Source of the DNA: a virus
Virus record (IMG/VR): IMGVR_UViG_3300042731_011319
Coordinates: 45,723-109,722 of that record
Length of the DNA stretch: 64,000 bases
Reading direction: 5' to 3' (one strand)
Both the position numbers and the translations under genes were made by a program. The notes beneath the pieces were generated by a model. It saw nothing but the letters and a program-made list of their open reading frames with translations. It made no database searches and was not told the origin of the DNA. Of this stretch, positions 37,942 through 47,521 are shown one piece after another; positions within the stretch are counted from its first letter, which is position 1, and every line of letters begins with the position of its first letter.

Positions 37942-38037
37942 TTATGTGGGAGGAGGGGGAGGAGGAAGCTTAACTATCAATCTAGATAGCTTACGAACTA
38001 ATAAGCTCGCTGTTTTCTTGATAATTAACCTGGCCAT
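37942..38037 (-). CDS. 31-aa cationic peptide with C-terminal poly-proline (not in ORF track)
   Basis: MARLIIKKTASLLVRKLSRLIVKLPPPPPPT*; stop 4 nt before ATG 37937. Confidence 0.55.
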   Translation of the reverse strand: MARLIIKKTASLLVRKLSRLIVKLPPPPPPT

Positions 38038-38063
38038 TTAAATACTGATACCCTAAAATATTC

Positions 38064-38147
38064 CTAAGCATGACTGCGCCTTTTTTTTCCGTAAAAAAAA
38101 TCTATATAACTATAGTCGAGTACAAGAAATAAAAAGATAGAGTCCAT
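38064..38147 (-). CDS. 27-aa small ORF (hydrophobic N-half, basic C-end)
   Basis: MDSIFLFLVLDYSYIDFFYGKKRRSHA*; ATG 11 nt after GTGTA (38159-38163). Confidence 0.4.
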   Translation of the reverse strand: MDSIFLFLVLDYSYIDFFYGKKRRSHA

Positions 38148-38157
38148 AAATTATGTA

Positions 38158-38694
38158 TTACACTTGATTTTTGATGAAATCATGTATTATGTGTGGCCTT
38201 TTATCGTTGCTGGAAAAAAACCATAACCAAGGATAACTTGTCATCATTTTGTTGATTTTATCCCTAGTGTCTTGAATGCTTTTTTCTATAATCTTAATAT
38301 CTGAATACCCTAGTTCATTAGTTTCAATTTTTAATTCTTTAGCTATAGAAAATATCTTGCTAGCATCTTTTACTTTTTTGGCCGCTGTAACATCATGGTA
38401 ATAATTGACTTCTGTTTCATTGTCTCCCTGATGTTTGTCAGGATGTGTTTGAATGGCTATTTTTCGAAAAACAGATTTTATGCCATCAGTAAGTTCAGAT
38501 TTATTATTTTTTTTATTTGAATCAAGAGATTCTAAGGGGTTTTTAAGAGAATTTTCTCTACAAAAAGAATCGACAGAAGAGCAAAACAATAAAGCAGCTT
38601 CATTAAATGTAGATTCAACATAAAGAAGCTCTTCTTGAACTTCTTTAGATTCAGATTTTAACTTTCTTATTAACTTTACTTTATAATAATCCAA
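38158..38694 (-). CDS. J-domain (DnaJ-like) protein
   Basis: IKSVFRKIAIQTHPDK. Confidence 0.75.
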   Translation of the reverse strand: MDYYKVKLIRKLKSESKEVQEELLYVESTFNEAALLFCSSVDSFCRENSLKNPLESLDSNKKNNKSELTDGIKSVFRKIAIQTHPDKHQGDNETEVNYYHDVTAAKKVKDASKIFSIAKELKIETNELGYSDIKIIEKSIQDTRDKINKMMTSYPWLWFFSSNDKRPHIIHDFIKNQV

Positions 38695-38731
38695 TATAAA
38701 TTATTATAAAATTATAAAATAATATTTTAAA

Positions 38732-39745
38732 TTAAAAGTCGTCTTCTAGAGATCCGCTTTGCTGATATTCCCTTACCCTGCGTTCGAAGAAGTTTCCCAT
38801 AGCCTGAACATCAACAACTTCACCTAGCCAAGGGAATGGGTTTTTATCACTTGGAAATCTGTATTCAAGCCCTATAGCTTCAAGTCTTCTATTTCCGATA
38901 TAATACATGTAGTCAACAAACATGTCTGAGTTTAAACCGAGAATCCCCGTAGGTAGAACATCTTTAGCATAAGCTATTTCGAGGTCTACAGCTTTTTTAA
39001 TATGGTCAACAAATTCGTTTTTAATTTCATCCGTCCATATCTCTGGATTTTGATCAATTAATGTATTGATTAAGTATGTTCCAAATGCTATATGCGAGCT
39101 TTCATCTCGAAGAGTATACTTAATTTGATCAGATATGCCTTGAAGTTTATTTTGACGCCCGAGTGCAAGAAGCATGGCGAAACCGCTAAAGAAAAAAGTA
39201 CCTTCACATACAATCCAGTAGGTCAAAAAATTTCTTAAGATTTCTTGTTTACCTTCTAGGGTGTTAGAGTTAAAGTCTTGTCTGCTAATATCATCAGTAA
39301 TACTCATAAGGAAGTCATCTTTCGCTTTTATGCTAGGAATCGTTTCATAAGCGGCAAAAACTTCTTCGATATCTAAGTCAAGACTATCACATATATATAC
39401 TATCGTGAGGTTGTGAAGGCTTTCTTCAAAAGCTTGACGAAGAATGTATTGACGACACTCAGCATCCGTAATAAATCTAAAAGCAGAAAGCAAAAGGTTA
39501 TTACCAACCAAAGACTCAGATCCAGCAAAGAATCCAAGACATCGTTTGACGAGGAGTTTTTCATCTTCTGTGATTTCATTGTTCTTCCATTGTTTAATAT
39601 CGTTTTGCATGGATATTTCTGTAGGCATCCAATTGTTGGCGCAACTTTTTAAAAATAAGTCCCATGCATACTTGTGTTTGTGTGGTAAGATTCTATTAAC
39701 TCCGGCTATATTTTCAGTAAGTAATTGTCCTGTTTTGTCTTCCAT
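38732..39745 (-). CDS. nrdB: ribonucleotide reductase beta subunit, class Ic (R2c)-like
   Basis: NNWMPTEI, GFFAGSESLVGNN, RQAFEESLH, CEGTFFFSGF, RDESSH, NFFERRV.EY. Confidence 0.95.
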   Translation of the reverse strand: MEDKTGQLLTENIAGVNRILPHKHKYAWDLFLKSCANNWMPTEISMQNDIKQWKNNEITEDEKLLVKRCLGFFAGSESLVGNNLLLSAFRFITDAECRQYILRQAFEESLHNLTIVYICDSLDLDIEEVFAAYETIPSIKAKDDFLMSITDDISRQDFNSNTLEGKQEILRNFLTYWIVCEGTFFFSGFAMLLALGRQNKLQGISDQIKYTLRDESSHIAFGTYLINTLIDQNPEIWTDEIKNEFVDHIKKAVDLEIAYAKDVLPTGILGLNSDMFVDYMYYIGNRRLEAIGLEYRFPSDKNPFPWLGEVVDVQAMGNFFERRVREYQQSGSLEDDF

Positions 39746-39794
39746 ATTAGATGTATATAACGAATAAAAGTAATACTAAGATTAATATCTTACT

Positions 39795-40070
39795 TTATTT
39801 TTTAATAAAAGTCAATATTTTTTTCTTAATATAAATACATATTTTGTGAAAAACAGGAAAAAAAGAAATTAAAAATACCAAAAATATAATAGAGGTAAAA
39901 ATTATACTAGGGTTAATATAATCAATGTCAGGATGATTAATTATGGTTCTTGGTAATGCTGTAGAATTTGATTCAGCTAAGTTGAATTCAGTAGAGTTTA
40001 TAACTTTAGGTAGCTTGTATGTACAACCAAAAAATAATAAAAATAATAATAATATATTGAATTTACTCAT
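39795..40070 (-). CDS. small membrane/lipoprotein-like protein
   Basis: MSKFNILLLFLLFFGC lipobox-like N-terminus and a C-terminal TM; track start is 40094. Confidence 0.5.
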   Translation of the reverse strand: MSKFNILLLFLLFFGCTYKLPKVINSTEFNLAESNSTALPRTIINHPDIDYINPSIIFTSIIFLVFLISFFPVFHKICIYIKKKILTFIKK

Positions 40071-40380
40071 AATGAATATATCCTTTAAGTACACTTATTA
40101 TATGATGTAGATTGTCTGCTTTAATAAATGGAACTCTTATATCTCCATCATCTGGATGCATTAAGATCCCAGGTTCAGGCTCTGAGTATGTGAGTAGATA
40201 TGTTATGTAATCATGTGCACCGTGAGACTTTAACCATTCCCAGTATATGGTTCTTGTTCCTTTTGGACAAACTAATAATATATCTTCGAAGCAATATGTC
40301 TTACCGTACAGTGTGACATCTCTAAAGCAAGAAATTTCACTAGGAGGCTCAGAGAGGGTGCAGTCTATAATTAATTTCAC
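40063..40380 (-). CDS. hypothetical protein
   Basis: 105-aa ORF; GTGTA 10 nt upstream. Confidence 0.65.
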   Translation of the reverse strand: MKLIIDCTLSEPPSEISCFRDVTLYGKTYCFEDILLVCPKGTRTIYWEWLKSHGAHDYITYLLTYSEPEPGILMHPDDGDIRVPFIKADNLHHIISVLKGYIHYE

Positions 40381-40398
40381 TAAAAAGCATTACACAAA

Positions 40399-40815
40399 CT
40401 ATTGGTATGCATGCTTAACAATGATATCTATGATATTGTGGTCAATTTTATCGGGGAAAGATCCTAAATTAAAAATATTAAACCAACCTGATTCAGTGTG
40501 CTCAAAATTTAAAGTAGGGATAACTAGTTCTTTTTGGAAACAGTAATGTATGTGAAACTTGCCAGTTTTCTGATTTAATGTATCGGCATAAAAAATATTC
40601 TTAATTGAACATTTAATTCCAGACTCTTCAAGAAGTTCTCTTTGAGCTGAAAGCAATGGAGATTCTCCTGTATCTATAGCCCCTCCAAATATGGACCAAT
40701 AGCCACCAAAGGGTACAGGTTGACCTTTATATAATTCTATCCGCTTATTTAATAAAATAAAATCTCCACAAAGAACTGCTATACCTGAGCAATCTCTACT
40801 AATAACGCCTGTCAT
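40399..40815 (-). CDS. NUDIX hydrolase
   Basis: Nudix box [23 protein letters not shown]. Confidence 0.9.
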   Translation of the reverse strand: MTGVISRDCSGIAVLCGDFILLNKRIELYKGQPVPFGGYWSIFGGAIDTGESPLLSAQRELLEESGIKCSIKNIFYADTLNQKTGKFHIHYCFQKELVIPTLNFEHTESGWFNIFNLGSFPDKIDHNIIDIIVKHAYQ

Positions 40816-42038
40816 CTAGAATTAAGTTCTGATTCAAATTTTTTATCCCAATCAACTTGACCGTTTTCATCAATCCATGTAGGTTTTACTTGGTCATCAC
40901 TTGATAAAAAAGCAATGAGAATAATTACAAATAAGCTAACAAGAAAGGTGGTAAACAATATCCAAGATATGTTTTTTTTTAAAAAACCTAGCTCTGGCTC
41001 CGGTTCTGGCTCTGGCTCAGGTTCTGGCTCAGGTTCCGGTTCTGGCTCCGGTTCTGGCTCGGGTTCTGGCTCAGGTTCCGGTTCTGGCTCCGGTTCTGGA
41101 TCAGGTTCTGGATCAGGTTCTGGTTCGGGCTCTGGGTTTTTATCGGGAGTGCCTAATATCATTTGGTCGGCATCAATAATTCCATATCCCCATGACTTAT
41201 CTCTGCCTATGATTCCAGCATCATCAGCGCAGTTTATTAAAAGATTACGTATATCTTGAATTGTATAGGAATGTCCTTCAGATTTAAGTTTGGAGATAAG
41301 CAGGGCAACCACTCCAGAAACAAAGGGGCAAGCCATAGATGTGCCACTAAGCTTGGCATAAGTTTGGTTTTTGTATGTACTATATATAGAAACCCCTGGG
41401 GCTGCAATTTCCACGGTTTTTCCTATAGATGAAAATGATGCGATCTTTTTGTTTTTATCAAAAGCTGCAACAGCAATACATTCTTCAAAGGCAGCAGGAT
41501 AATTAACTCCACCAATTCCTGAATTGCCAGCAGCACAAATAATAGGAATATTGCGATTGTATGCTTTTCTTACAGCGGCTTGCACTAATGGACTTGCTGA
41601 TCTACCGCCAAGAGACATGCTAATAATATCAACGCCAGATGAAATACAATACTCTATAGATTTCGCAATACCCGCATTAGAACCACTACCGCTATTAGAT
41701 AAACCTTTAACGCATAGGCATTTAGAATCGGGGGCTAATCCCACCATACCTATAGAATTATTTTTAGCCGATATAATACCTACGCAATGTGTTTGATGGC
41801 CATTTTTATCATCAATCGATTCGTTTTGAATAAAACTTTTGCCTTTAATGGCGTTATCTCCAATATCTGGGTGGTCTGGCCAGCCAGTATCAATCACCCC
41901 AATTAATACATCTTGGCCGGTAGTGATATCCCAAATTTTAGGGATATTGAAATCAGACAAACTCCAGTCGGTAACTTGACTCAGCGAAGAAACAATATCT
42001 GCAACATCAAAATCTGGAATTTTATATTGAGGCTTCAT
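40812..42038 (-). CDS. S8 subtilisin-like peptidase with (PE)n linker and C-terminal membrane anchor
   Basis: Triad VIDTG / NGHQTH / SGTSMACP; AAGN; PE repeats; [21 protein letters not shown]. Confidence 0.92.
   Translation of the reverse strand: MKPQYKIPDFDVADIVSSLSQVTDWSLSDFNIPKIWDITTGQDVLIGVIDTGWPDHPDIGDNAIKGKSFIQNESIDDKNGHQTHCVGIISAKNNSIGMVGLAPDSKCLCVKGLSNSGSGSNAGIAKSIEYCISSGVDIISMSLGGRSASPLVQAAVRKAYNRNIPIICAAGNSGIGGVNYPAAFEECIAVAAFDKNKKIASFSSIGKTVEIAAPGVSIYSTYKNQTYAKLSGTSMACPFVSGVVALLISKLKSEGHSYTIQDIRNLLINCADDAGIIGRDKSWGYGIIDADQMILGTPDKNPEPEPEPDPEPDPEPEPEPEPEPEPEPEPEPEPEPEPEPEPEPEPEPELGFLKKNISWILFTTFLVSLFVIILIAFLSSDDQVKPTWIDENGQVDWDKKFESELNSR
40992..41135 (-). repeat. 6-bp tandem repeat encoding (Pro-Glu/Asp)n
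   Basis: About 24 CCN-GAR/GAT units. Confidence 0.9.
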
Positions 42039-42047
42039 TAGGAAGGT

Positions 42048-44495
42048 TTATTGGCAGGATTCGCAAGTTCCTCCGTTTTTCATAGCTTCAATACTACATG
42101 CTGTGGGATCTTTTTTTTCTTCAGAGCCTGTTGATTTTTCAATTTTACTTGCAGCCCTATTCCTTAAATAATAGGTGGTCTTTAGTCCTTTTTCCCAGCA
42201 AGACATGTAAATATCATTAAGATATTTAAGGGATGTTGTTTTATTGTACAGGTTGAAACTTACAGCTTGATCTATCCATTTCTGGCGCTGAGCATTACAG
42301 TCAATTAATTTAAACATATCACGATCAAATGCAGTCTTGTATTTCTGTTTAATATCTTCTGGTATAGAGCCATTGAGTAAAGAGAGGTCTCCGTCGCAAC
42401 TCTTAATCATTGCAGATATTTCAGATGTCCATAATCCTCGAGCTTTCATATCTTTAACGAAATGAGGATTAGTGATGTAGAAGTTGCCACTCTTGTTTTC
42501 GTACACAAATAAAACAGAAAAATTTGGTTCTATACTCTGCTCAACTCCATTGATATAACCAATAGTGGCAGTTGGTGCAATAGCCATAACATTACTATTA
42601 CGCATTCCATTTTGTTGAACATTGTCACGAACTTCTTTCCACGACTTAAGAGATTCCCCTTCTCCTGTTTTGTAAGATTTAGATTTATCCCTGTATGATT
42701 GTAAATTATTCCAACTATCAATAGGGAAGATATTTTGAGACCATAGTGAGCCTTTGTAATTGCTGTAAGAGCCGCGCTCTTTTGCTAGATTAGAGCTTGC
42801 AAGTATAGCCTCCCTGCTAAAAAATTCAAAAAAGTTGCTGTTCCACTTGATAGCTGCATCGCTGTCAATCTCTATGTTTTTAATATGTAAAACATCATGT
42901 ATACCCATGACTCCTAGGCCGATAGGTCTATTTTTTAAGTTAGAGTTAGATGCTTCTTTTGTTGGGTAAAAATTAATATCTATAACATTGTCAAGCATTC
43001 TGATGGCGGTATGTATAGAGGATGTTAATTTATCAAAATCAATATGACCTTCAGGGTCTAAGTGGTTTAATACATTAATAGAGCCAAGATTGCATACAGC
43101 AGTCTCTCCAATCTTAGTTTTTTCGCCCTGAGAATACTCTGATGGTTTAGTGTGGAGAGTAATTTCAGTACATAGATTAGAGCTTCGAACAGCACCTTCA
43201 TGCTGATTAGTATACCGAATATTACAGGGATCTTTGAATGTATTCCATGGATGAGAAGTTTCGAATAGAACCTTGAGCATTTTTTTCCAGAGCTCTTTGG
43301 CTGGAATTTTCCTGAAGTTTTTAATTTCACCATGTTCTGCGGCAAGGCATGCATCTTTATAGCGATCATCAAAATCTTGACCAAAATAATCATGAAGAGT
43401 TTTACCATCTTCGTAAACCATTTCGCTAGGATCAAAGAAATACCAATCTTCTTCATTTTTAACCCTACGCATAAATTCGTCTGGAATCCATGATGCAGTA
43501 TTCATATCATGACATCTCAGTCTATCGTCGCCAGTATTCCTTCTAAGGTTTAAGAAATCTTCAAAGTCTAAATGCCAAGGCTCAAGATAGGCACATCCGG
43601 CACCCGGGCGTTTGCCTCCTTGATTAACTGCAACTAATAAATCGTTAAAAATTTTAAGCCAAGGAACAAGTCCACTAGAGATACCATTAGTTCCCTGAAT
43701 ATGAGCGCCTGTAGAGCGAAAGGGGGTAACATCAAGACCAAGACCACCGGCAAACTTTGATTTCCGAGCCTCTTGCCAAGCCCCGTCAAAAATGCCGTCA
43801 ATACTATCATCAAAAGTATTAAGATAACAGGAACTAAGCTGAGAGTGTGTAGTGCCACTGTTAAAAAGAGTAGGGGTAGAAGGAGTATATAGTTGATTGC
43901 TTATTAAATTGTAAAACTCTATAGCTCTTTCGTTTTTATTGTCTTCATTAAGTGCAAGACCCATGGCGACTCGCATAAAAAATGCTTGAGGAGCTTCCAT
44001 GATTTTTTGGTCAAGCCTAATAAAATATCTATCATACAAAATCTGTACACCTAGATATTTTAATTTTTTATCCCTCCTGATTTTTAGAGATTCAGAAAGC
44101 AATGATAAATCAAAATCTAATAACCTAGGATCAAGCCTATTTTCCTTAACGAGTTTTTTAATGTTCTGTATAAAGCTTTTGCGATATTGTAGTTTGAAGG
44201 TATCGGAATCAACACCTTCCTTAAAGACTTCTTTGTATAAAGTATTTAGTAATAGTTGACCAGCGGCAAAAGAGTAATTTGGCTCTTTTTCAATTTTTTC
44301 TCTGGCTGACAATATGAGCGCTTGATCTATTTCCTTTGTGGTAATTTTATCAAATAGTTGTAATTGAGCATCGAGTACTATTTCACTTGCGGAAACATCT
44401 TCTATACCTTCACAGGCTCTTTGAGCACTGGCATTGATTTTATCTACATTGAAATCTTCTAAGCGACCATTTCTTTTTTTTATTTTTATATCCAT
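42048..44495 (-). CDS. nrdA: ribonucleotide reductase alpha subunit with ATP cone
   Basis: IKKRNG ATP cone, PSTPTLFNSG, LSSC, SNLCTEI, CNLGS, APTAT, KTTYYLR, C-terminal CESC. Confidence 0.97.
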   Translation of the reverse strand: MDIKIKKRNGRLEDFNVDKINASAQRACEGIEDVSASEIVLDAQLQLFDKITTKEIDQALILSAREKIEKEPNYSFAAGQLLLNTLYKEVFKEGVDSDTFKLQYRKSFIQNIKKLVKENRLDPRLLDFDLSLLSESLKIRRDKKLKYLGVQILYDRYFIRLDQKIMEAPQAFFMRVAMGLALNEDNKNERAIEFYNLISNQLYTPSTPTLFNSGTTHSQLSSCYLNTFDDSIDGIFDGAWQEARKSKFAGGLGLDVTPFRSTGAHIQGTNGISSGLVPWLKIFNDLLVAVNQGGKRPGAGCAYLEPWHLDFEDFLNLRRNTGDDRLRCHDMNTASWIPDEFMRRVKNEEDWYFFDPSEMVYEDGKTLHDYFGQDFDDRYKDACLAAEHGEIKNFRKIPAKELWKKMLKVLFETSHPWNTFKDPCNIRYTNQHEGAVRSSNLCTEITLHTKPSEYSQGEKTKIGETAVCNLGSINVLNHLDPEGHIDFDKLTSSIHTAIRMLDNVIDINFYPTKEASNSNLKNRPIGLGVMGIHDVLHIKNIEIDSDAAIKWNSNFFEFFSREAILASSNLAKERGSYSNYKGSLWSQNIFPIDSWNNLQSYRDKSKSYKTGEGESLKSWKEVRDNVQQNGMRNSNVMAIAPTATIGYINGVEQSIEPNFSVLFVYENKSGNFYITNPHFVKDMKARGLWTSEISAMIKSCDGDLSLLNGSIPEDIKQKYKTAFDRDMFKLIDCNAQRQKWIDQAVSFNLYNKTTSLKYLNDIYMSCWEKGLKTTYYLRNRAASKIEKSTGSEEKKDPTACSIEAMKNGGTCESCQ

Positions 44496-44507
44496 GGGGT
44501 AAGTATT

Positions 44508-44512
44508 TACAC
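44508..44512 (-). promoter_or_regulatory. GTGTA upstream motif of nrdA
   Basis: GTGTA 12 nt before ATG 44495. Confidence 0.6.
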
Positions 44513-44619
44513 GATACTATAAAGTATTAATAATAATTCAATCTTATTGCAAATAATGATATTTTACAATAAAATATTGTGTATTGCAAGACTAATCTTG
44601 CGGAGTTATTAACAATGAT

Positions 44620-45528
44620 TTAAGGTCGATTGTTAAGAACCCATTCTTCAAATTCTTGAACAGGATTCCAGTGCAAGAGTTTTTTGGCTTTGGTATTATC
44701 AGCTAAAGTTTCACGAGATTCACCTGGCCGAGGATCAATGTGGATATGTTCTCCTCCTACTAATTTTACAATATCGAGCACGGAATAATTTCTTCCAGTG
44801 CCAAGGTTAAACATTTCACCAATGATTTCTTTGTTTTCTGATTCACCAGCTAGATACATAGCTTGGGCAATATCTTTAACATAAGTATAATCTCTTGTTT
44901 GTAAACCATCTCCTACCACTGTCATTGGTTCTCCGGCCTCCTTTTGCCTGAAAAATAATCCAACAACTGGAGCATAATCTCCGCTTAAAGGTTGACGTTC
45001 ACCATAAACATTAAAAAAGCGAAACAAAACAGTTTCTAACCCAAAAAGTTTGGTGTACATCTTGCATAATTCTTCACAGTTAGCTTTGCTAACAGAATAA
45101 GGATTTAAGCAATCATTGGGCATGTCTTCTTTTAATGGAATAGGATTTGCTAAGCCATAACAAGAAGAAGTACCAGCAAACATCACCCTTTTGCATTTGT
45201 TGAGTCTAGCTGCCTGTAATACATTTACGGTTCCGAGGGAGTTGTTCTTAACCGCATCAGATGGATCTTGGACACAAATTTGAATACGAGACCTTGCAGC
45301 TAAATGAAAAACTAAATCTACACCTTTAAATAAGGGTTCTAATTTTTCGAAGTCACAAATATCGACCTTATGATTTTCGGTATCATCTCTCCAGTTGAAT
45401 TGGGAATTTGCGGTAGAAGATTCATCATCAATTACTACAACATCATGACCTGCATTAATTAAGATTTCAACAAGGTGGCTGCCAATAAAACCAGCCCCTC
45501 CGGTAACTAAACATTTTTTCTTAGACAT
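44620..45528 (-). CDS. NAD-dependent sugar epimerase/dehydratase (GalE/WbpP-like)
   Basis: GGAGFIG, YSVSK (YxxxK), RFFNVYG, GDGLQTRDY. Confidence 0.9.
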   Translation of the reverse strand: MSKKKCLVTGGAGFIGSHLVEILINAGHDVVVIDDESSTANSQFNWRDDTENHKVDICDFEKLEPLFKGVDLVFHLAARSRIQICVQDPSDAVKNNSLGTVNVLQAARLNKCKRVMFAGTSSCYGLANPIPLKEDMPNDCLNPYSVSKANCEELCKMYTKLFGLETVLFRFFNVYGERQPLSGDYAPVVGLFFRQKEAGEPMTVVGDGLQTRDYTYVKDIAQAMYLAGESENKEIIGEMFNLGTGRNYSVLDIVKLVGGEHIHIDPRPGESRETLADNTKAKKLLHWNPVQEFEEWVLNNRP

Positions 45529-45536
45529 GATTCTTA

Positions 45537-46481
45537 TTACACAGTATTTTTATACCATTGATAAGTTTTTTTAAGACCTTCTTTTAGGCTGTGTTTTTGT
45601 AGATAGCCTAAGCCTTTTATTCTAGAATTGTCCATTTTTTTTCTGAAAGTACCGTCAGGCTTAGATGAATCAAAAACAACATATCCTTCGTAATTGATTG
45701 TTTGCTTGATAGTTTCAAGTAATTCTCTGATGGTAACTTCATCTTCAGATCCGCAATTAAGATGCGATATCCCAGATGAATATATGGATTCAGCGGTGAC
45801 ATTCTCTAGGCAAAAGCAAATTGCATCGGCAAGATCATCAACGTAGAGAAACTCTCTTAGTGGTTTACCACTACCCCATATTTCAACATGGTCTGAGTTG
45901 GATTGTTTGGCGGTATCTACTTTACGAATAAAGGCGGGTAAAACATGAGAAGTTTCTAAGTCAAAATTATCTCCGGGGCCATATAAATTGCAGGGCATTA
46001 ATGAATAAAAGTTAGAGCCATACTGGTGATAGAATGCTTCACACATTTTTAGGGCAGCTATCTTGGCAATCGCATATGGTTCATTGGTATTTTCAAGGAG
46101 ACCAGTCAGCAAGGACTCTTCTTTTATTGGTATCTCTGCATGTTTTGGGTAAATGCAAGAAGACCCTAAATTTATCAACTTTTTAACACCATTAGAATGG
46201 CTTGATTTTATAATATTAGAAGATATCTGTATGTTATCATATATAAAGTCGGCCCTATATGTATCGTTAGCTAAAATGCCTCCTACTTTTGCAGCACACA
46301 AAATAACATAATCAAATTTCTCATGAGAGAAAAAAGATTCTACTTGATTTTGGTTGGATAAGTCTAGCTCACTCCTTGTTTTTGTAACAATATTAGAGTA
46401 TCCTGAAGATTTTAATTTACGTACAACAGAAGATCCGACCATCCCTCGATGACCAGCCACAAAGACCTTTGAATCTTTCAT
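45537..46481 (-). CDS. fcl: GDP-L-fucose synthase
   Basis: AGHRGMVG, AAKVGGI, GSSCIYPK, TNEPYAIAK, SHVLPA, WGSGKPLREFL. Confidence 0.95.
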   Translation of the reverse strand: MKDSKVFVAGHRGMVGSSVVRKLKSSGYSNIVTKTRSELDLSNQNQVESFFSHEKFDYVILCAAKVGGILANDTYRADFIYDNIQISSNIIKSSHSNGVKKLINLGSSCIYPKHAEIPIKEESLLTGLLENTNEPYAIAKIAALKMCEAFYHQYGSNFYSLMPCNLYGPGDNFDLETSHVLPAFIRKVDTAKQSNSDHVEIWGSGKPLREFLYVDDLADAICFCLENVTAESIYSSGISHLNCGSEDEVTIRELLETIKQTINYEGYVVFDSSKPDGTFRKKMDNSRIKGLGYLQKHSLKEGLKKTYQWYKNTV

Positions 46482-47509
46482 TTAGATAAAAGAGAATAGT
46501 CGTTGTGGTACATTTTTTCAACAAGACCATTAAAATCTGTCTTACGTACCCAACCCATTTCCTTTTCAGCTAAACTGCAATCTCCGCAAAGTTCGTGGAC
46601 TTCGGCGGGACGATAAAATTTAGGATCTACTTTAAAGATGAGTCTGCCGTCTAGCGTACGGTATTCCTCTGTATCGTCCGACCCTGAGCTAATATAATCA
46701 ATCTCTGCGCACTTTAAGCTTTGATTTAAGAATTCTCTAACTGTGTGCATTTTTCCGCTGCCAAGTACGTAGTTTTTTGGAGCATCTTGATTAAGCATAA
46801 GCCAAACACCGGGCATAAAATCTTCTGCATCACTCCAGTCTCTCTTAGCATCAAGGTTGCCAAGATATAATACAGGGATATCCTTGTTTAATTCTATAGC
46901 TTTTTTGATGCTTGCAACTCCATGACTGATCTTCCTGGTAACAAAATCAAGTCCACGTCTTGTTCCTTCATGGTTGAATAACCATCCTTGTACAGCATAC
47001 AAACTGTAAGACTCTCGATACACTCTAACCAAATGTCTTGCAGCACATTTTGCAGCACCATAGGGTGACTGGGGTCTAAGTGGGTGACTCTCGTCTTGAG
47101 GACTAGTTATAACATCTCCAAATTCCTCAGACGATCCTGCATTATAAAATCTACATTCTGGCGCAAACCTTCTAATTGATTCGAGCATATGAAGAACAGA
47201 ATTAGAGTCAGTGTCCCATGTTTGAATAGGGAAATCCCAGCTGCCAGCAACAAAAGACTGGGCAGCAAAGTTAATAAAATAATCAGGTTTAATATCAATA
47301 ACAACATCTCTAACACTATGAGCATCATTTAGGTCCATATTGATGATCCTGAAACGATCAGATTCTTTTAGGTGAGCGATATTCTCATGATTTTTAACAC
47401 TAAGACGACGAACTGATCCATAAATCTCAACACCAGTATGCTTTAATAAATAATCGACCATATGACTACCGTCTTGGCCAGTAATACCTGTTACAATAAC
47501 TTTTTTCAT
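46478..47509 (-). CDS. gmd: GDP-mannose 4,6-dehydratase
   Basis: TGITGQDGS, AAQSFV, SPYGAAK, LFNHE, FVTRKI, GNLDAKRDW, RPAEV. Confidence 0.95.
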   Translation of the reverse strand: MKKVIVTGITGQDGSHMVDYLLKHTGVEIYGSVRRLSVKNHENIAHLKESDRFRIINMDLNDAHSVRDVVIDIKPDYFINFAAQSFVAGSWDFPIQTWDTDSNSVLHMLESIRRFAPECRFYNAGSSEEFGDVITSPQDESHPLRPQSPYGAAKCAARHLVRVYRESYSLYAVQGWLFNHEGTRRGLDFVTRKISHGVASIKKAIELNKDIPVLYLGNLDAKRDWSDAEDFMPGVWLMLNQDAPKNYVLGSGKMHTVREFLNQSLKCAEIDYISSGSDDTEEYRTLDGRLIFKVDPKFYRPAEVHELCGDCSLAEKEMGWVRKTDFNGLVEKMYHNDYSLLSK

Positions 47510-47521
47510 TAAATAATAATT

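Noticed and set aside
37938-38157. tRNA/tmRNA or other ncRNA in the gap ending ...CTCCCA
   Set aside because: No T-arm (GTTCRA) or acceptor-stem pairing; better explained by small ORFs
40915-41259. Plus-strand ORF with (SG)n repeat
   Set aside because: Antisense shadow of the PE repeat in the S8 protease
1-44495. Inteins or introns in dnaE, dnaB, recA or nrdA
   Set aside because: Protein lengths are ordinary and no intein terminal or homing-endonuclease motifs were seen
44586-44601. GCAAGA-CTAA-TCTTGC hairpin as an intrinsic terminator
   Set aside because: Short 6-bp stem with no U-tract on the coding strand
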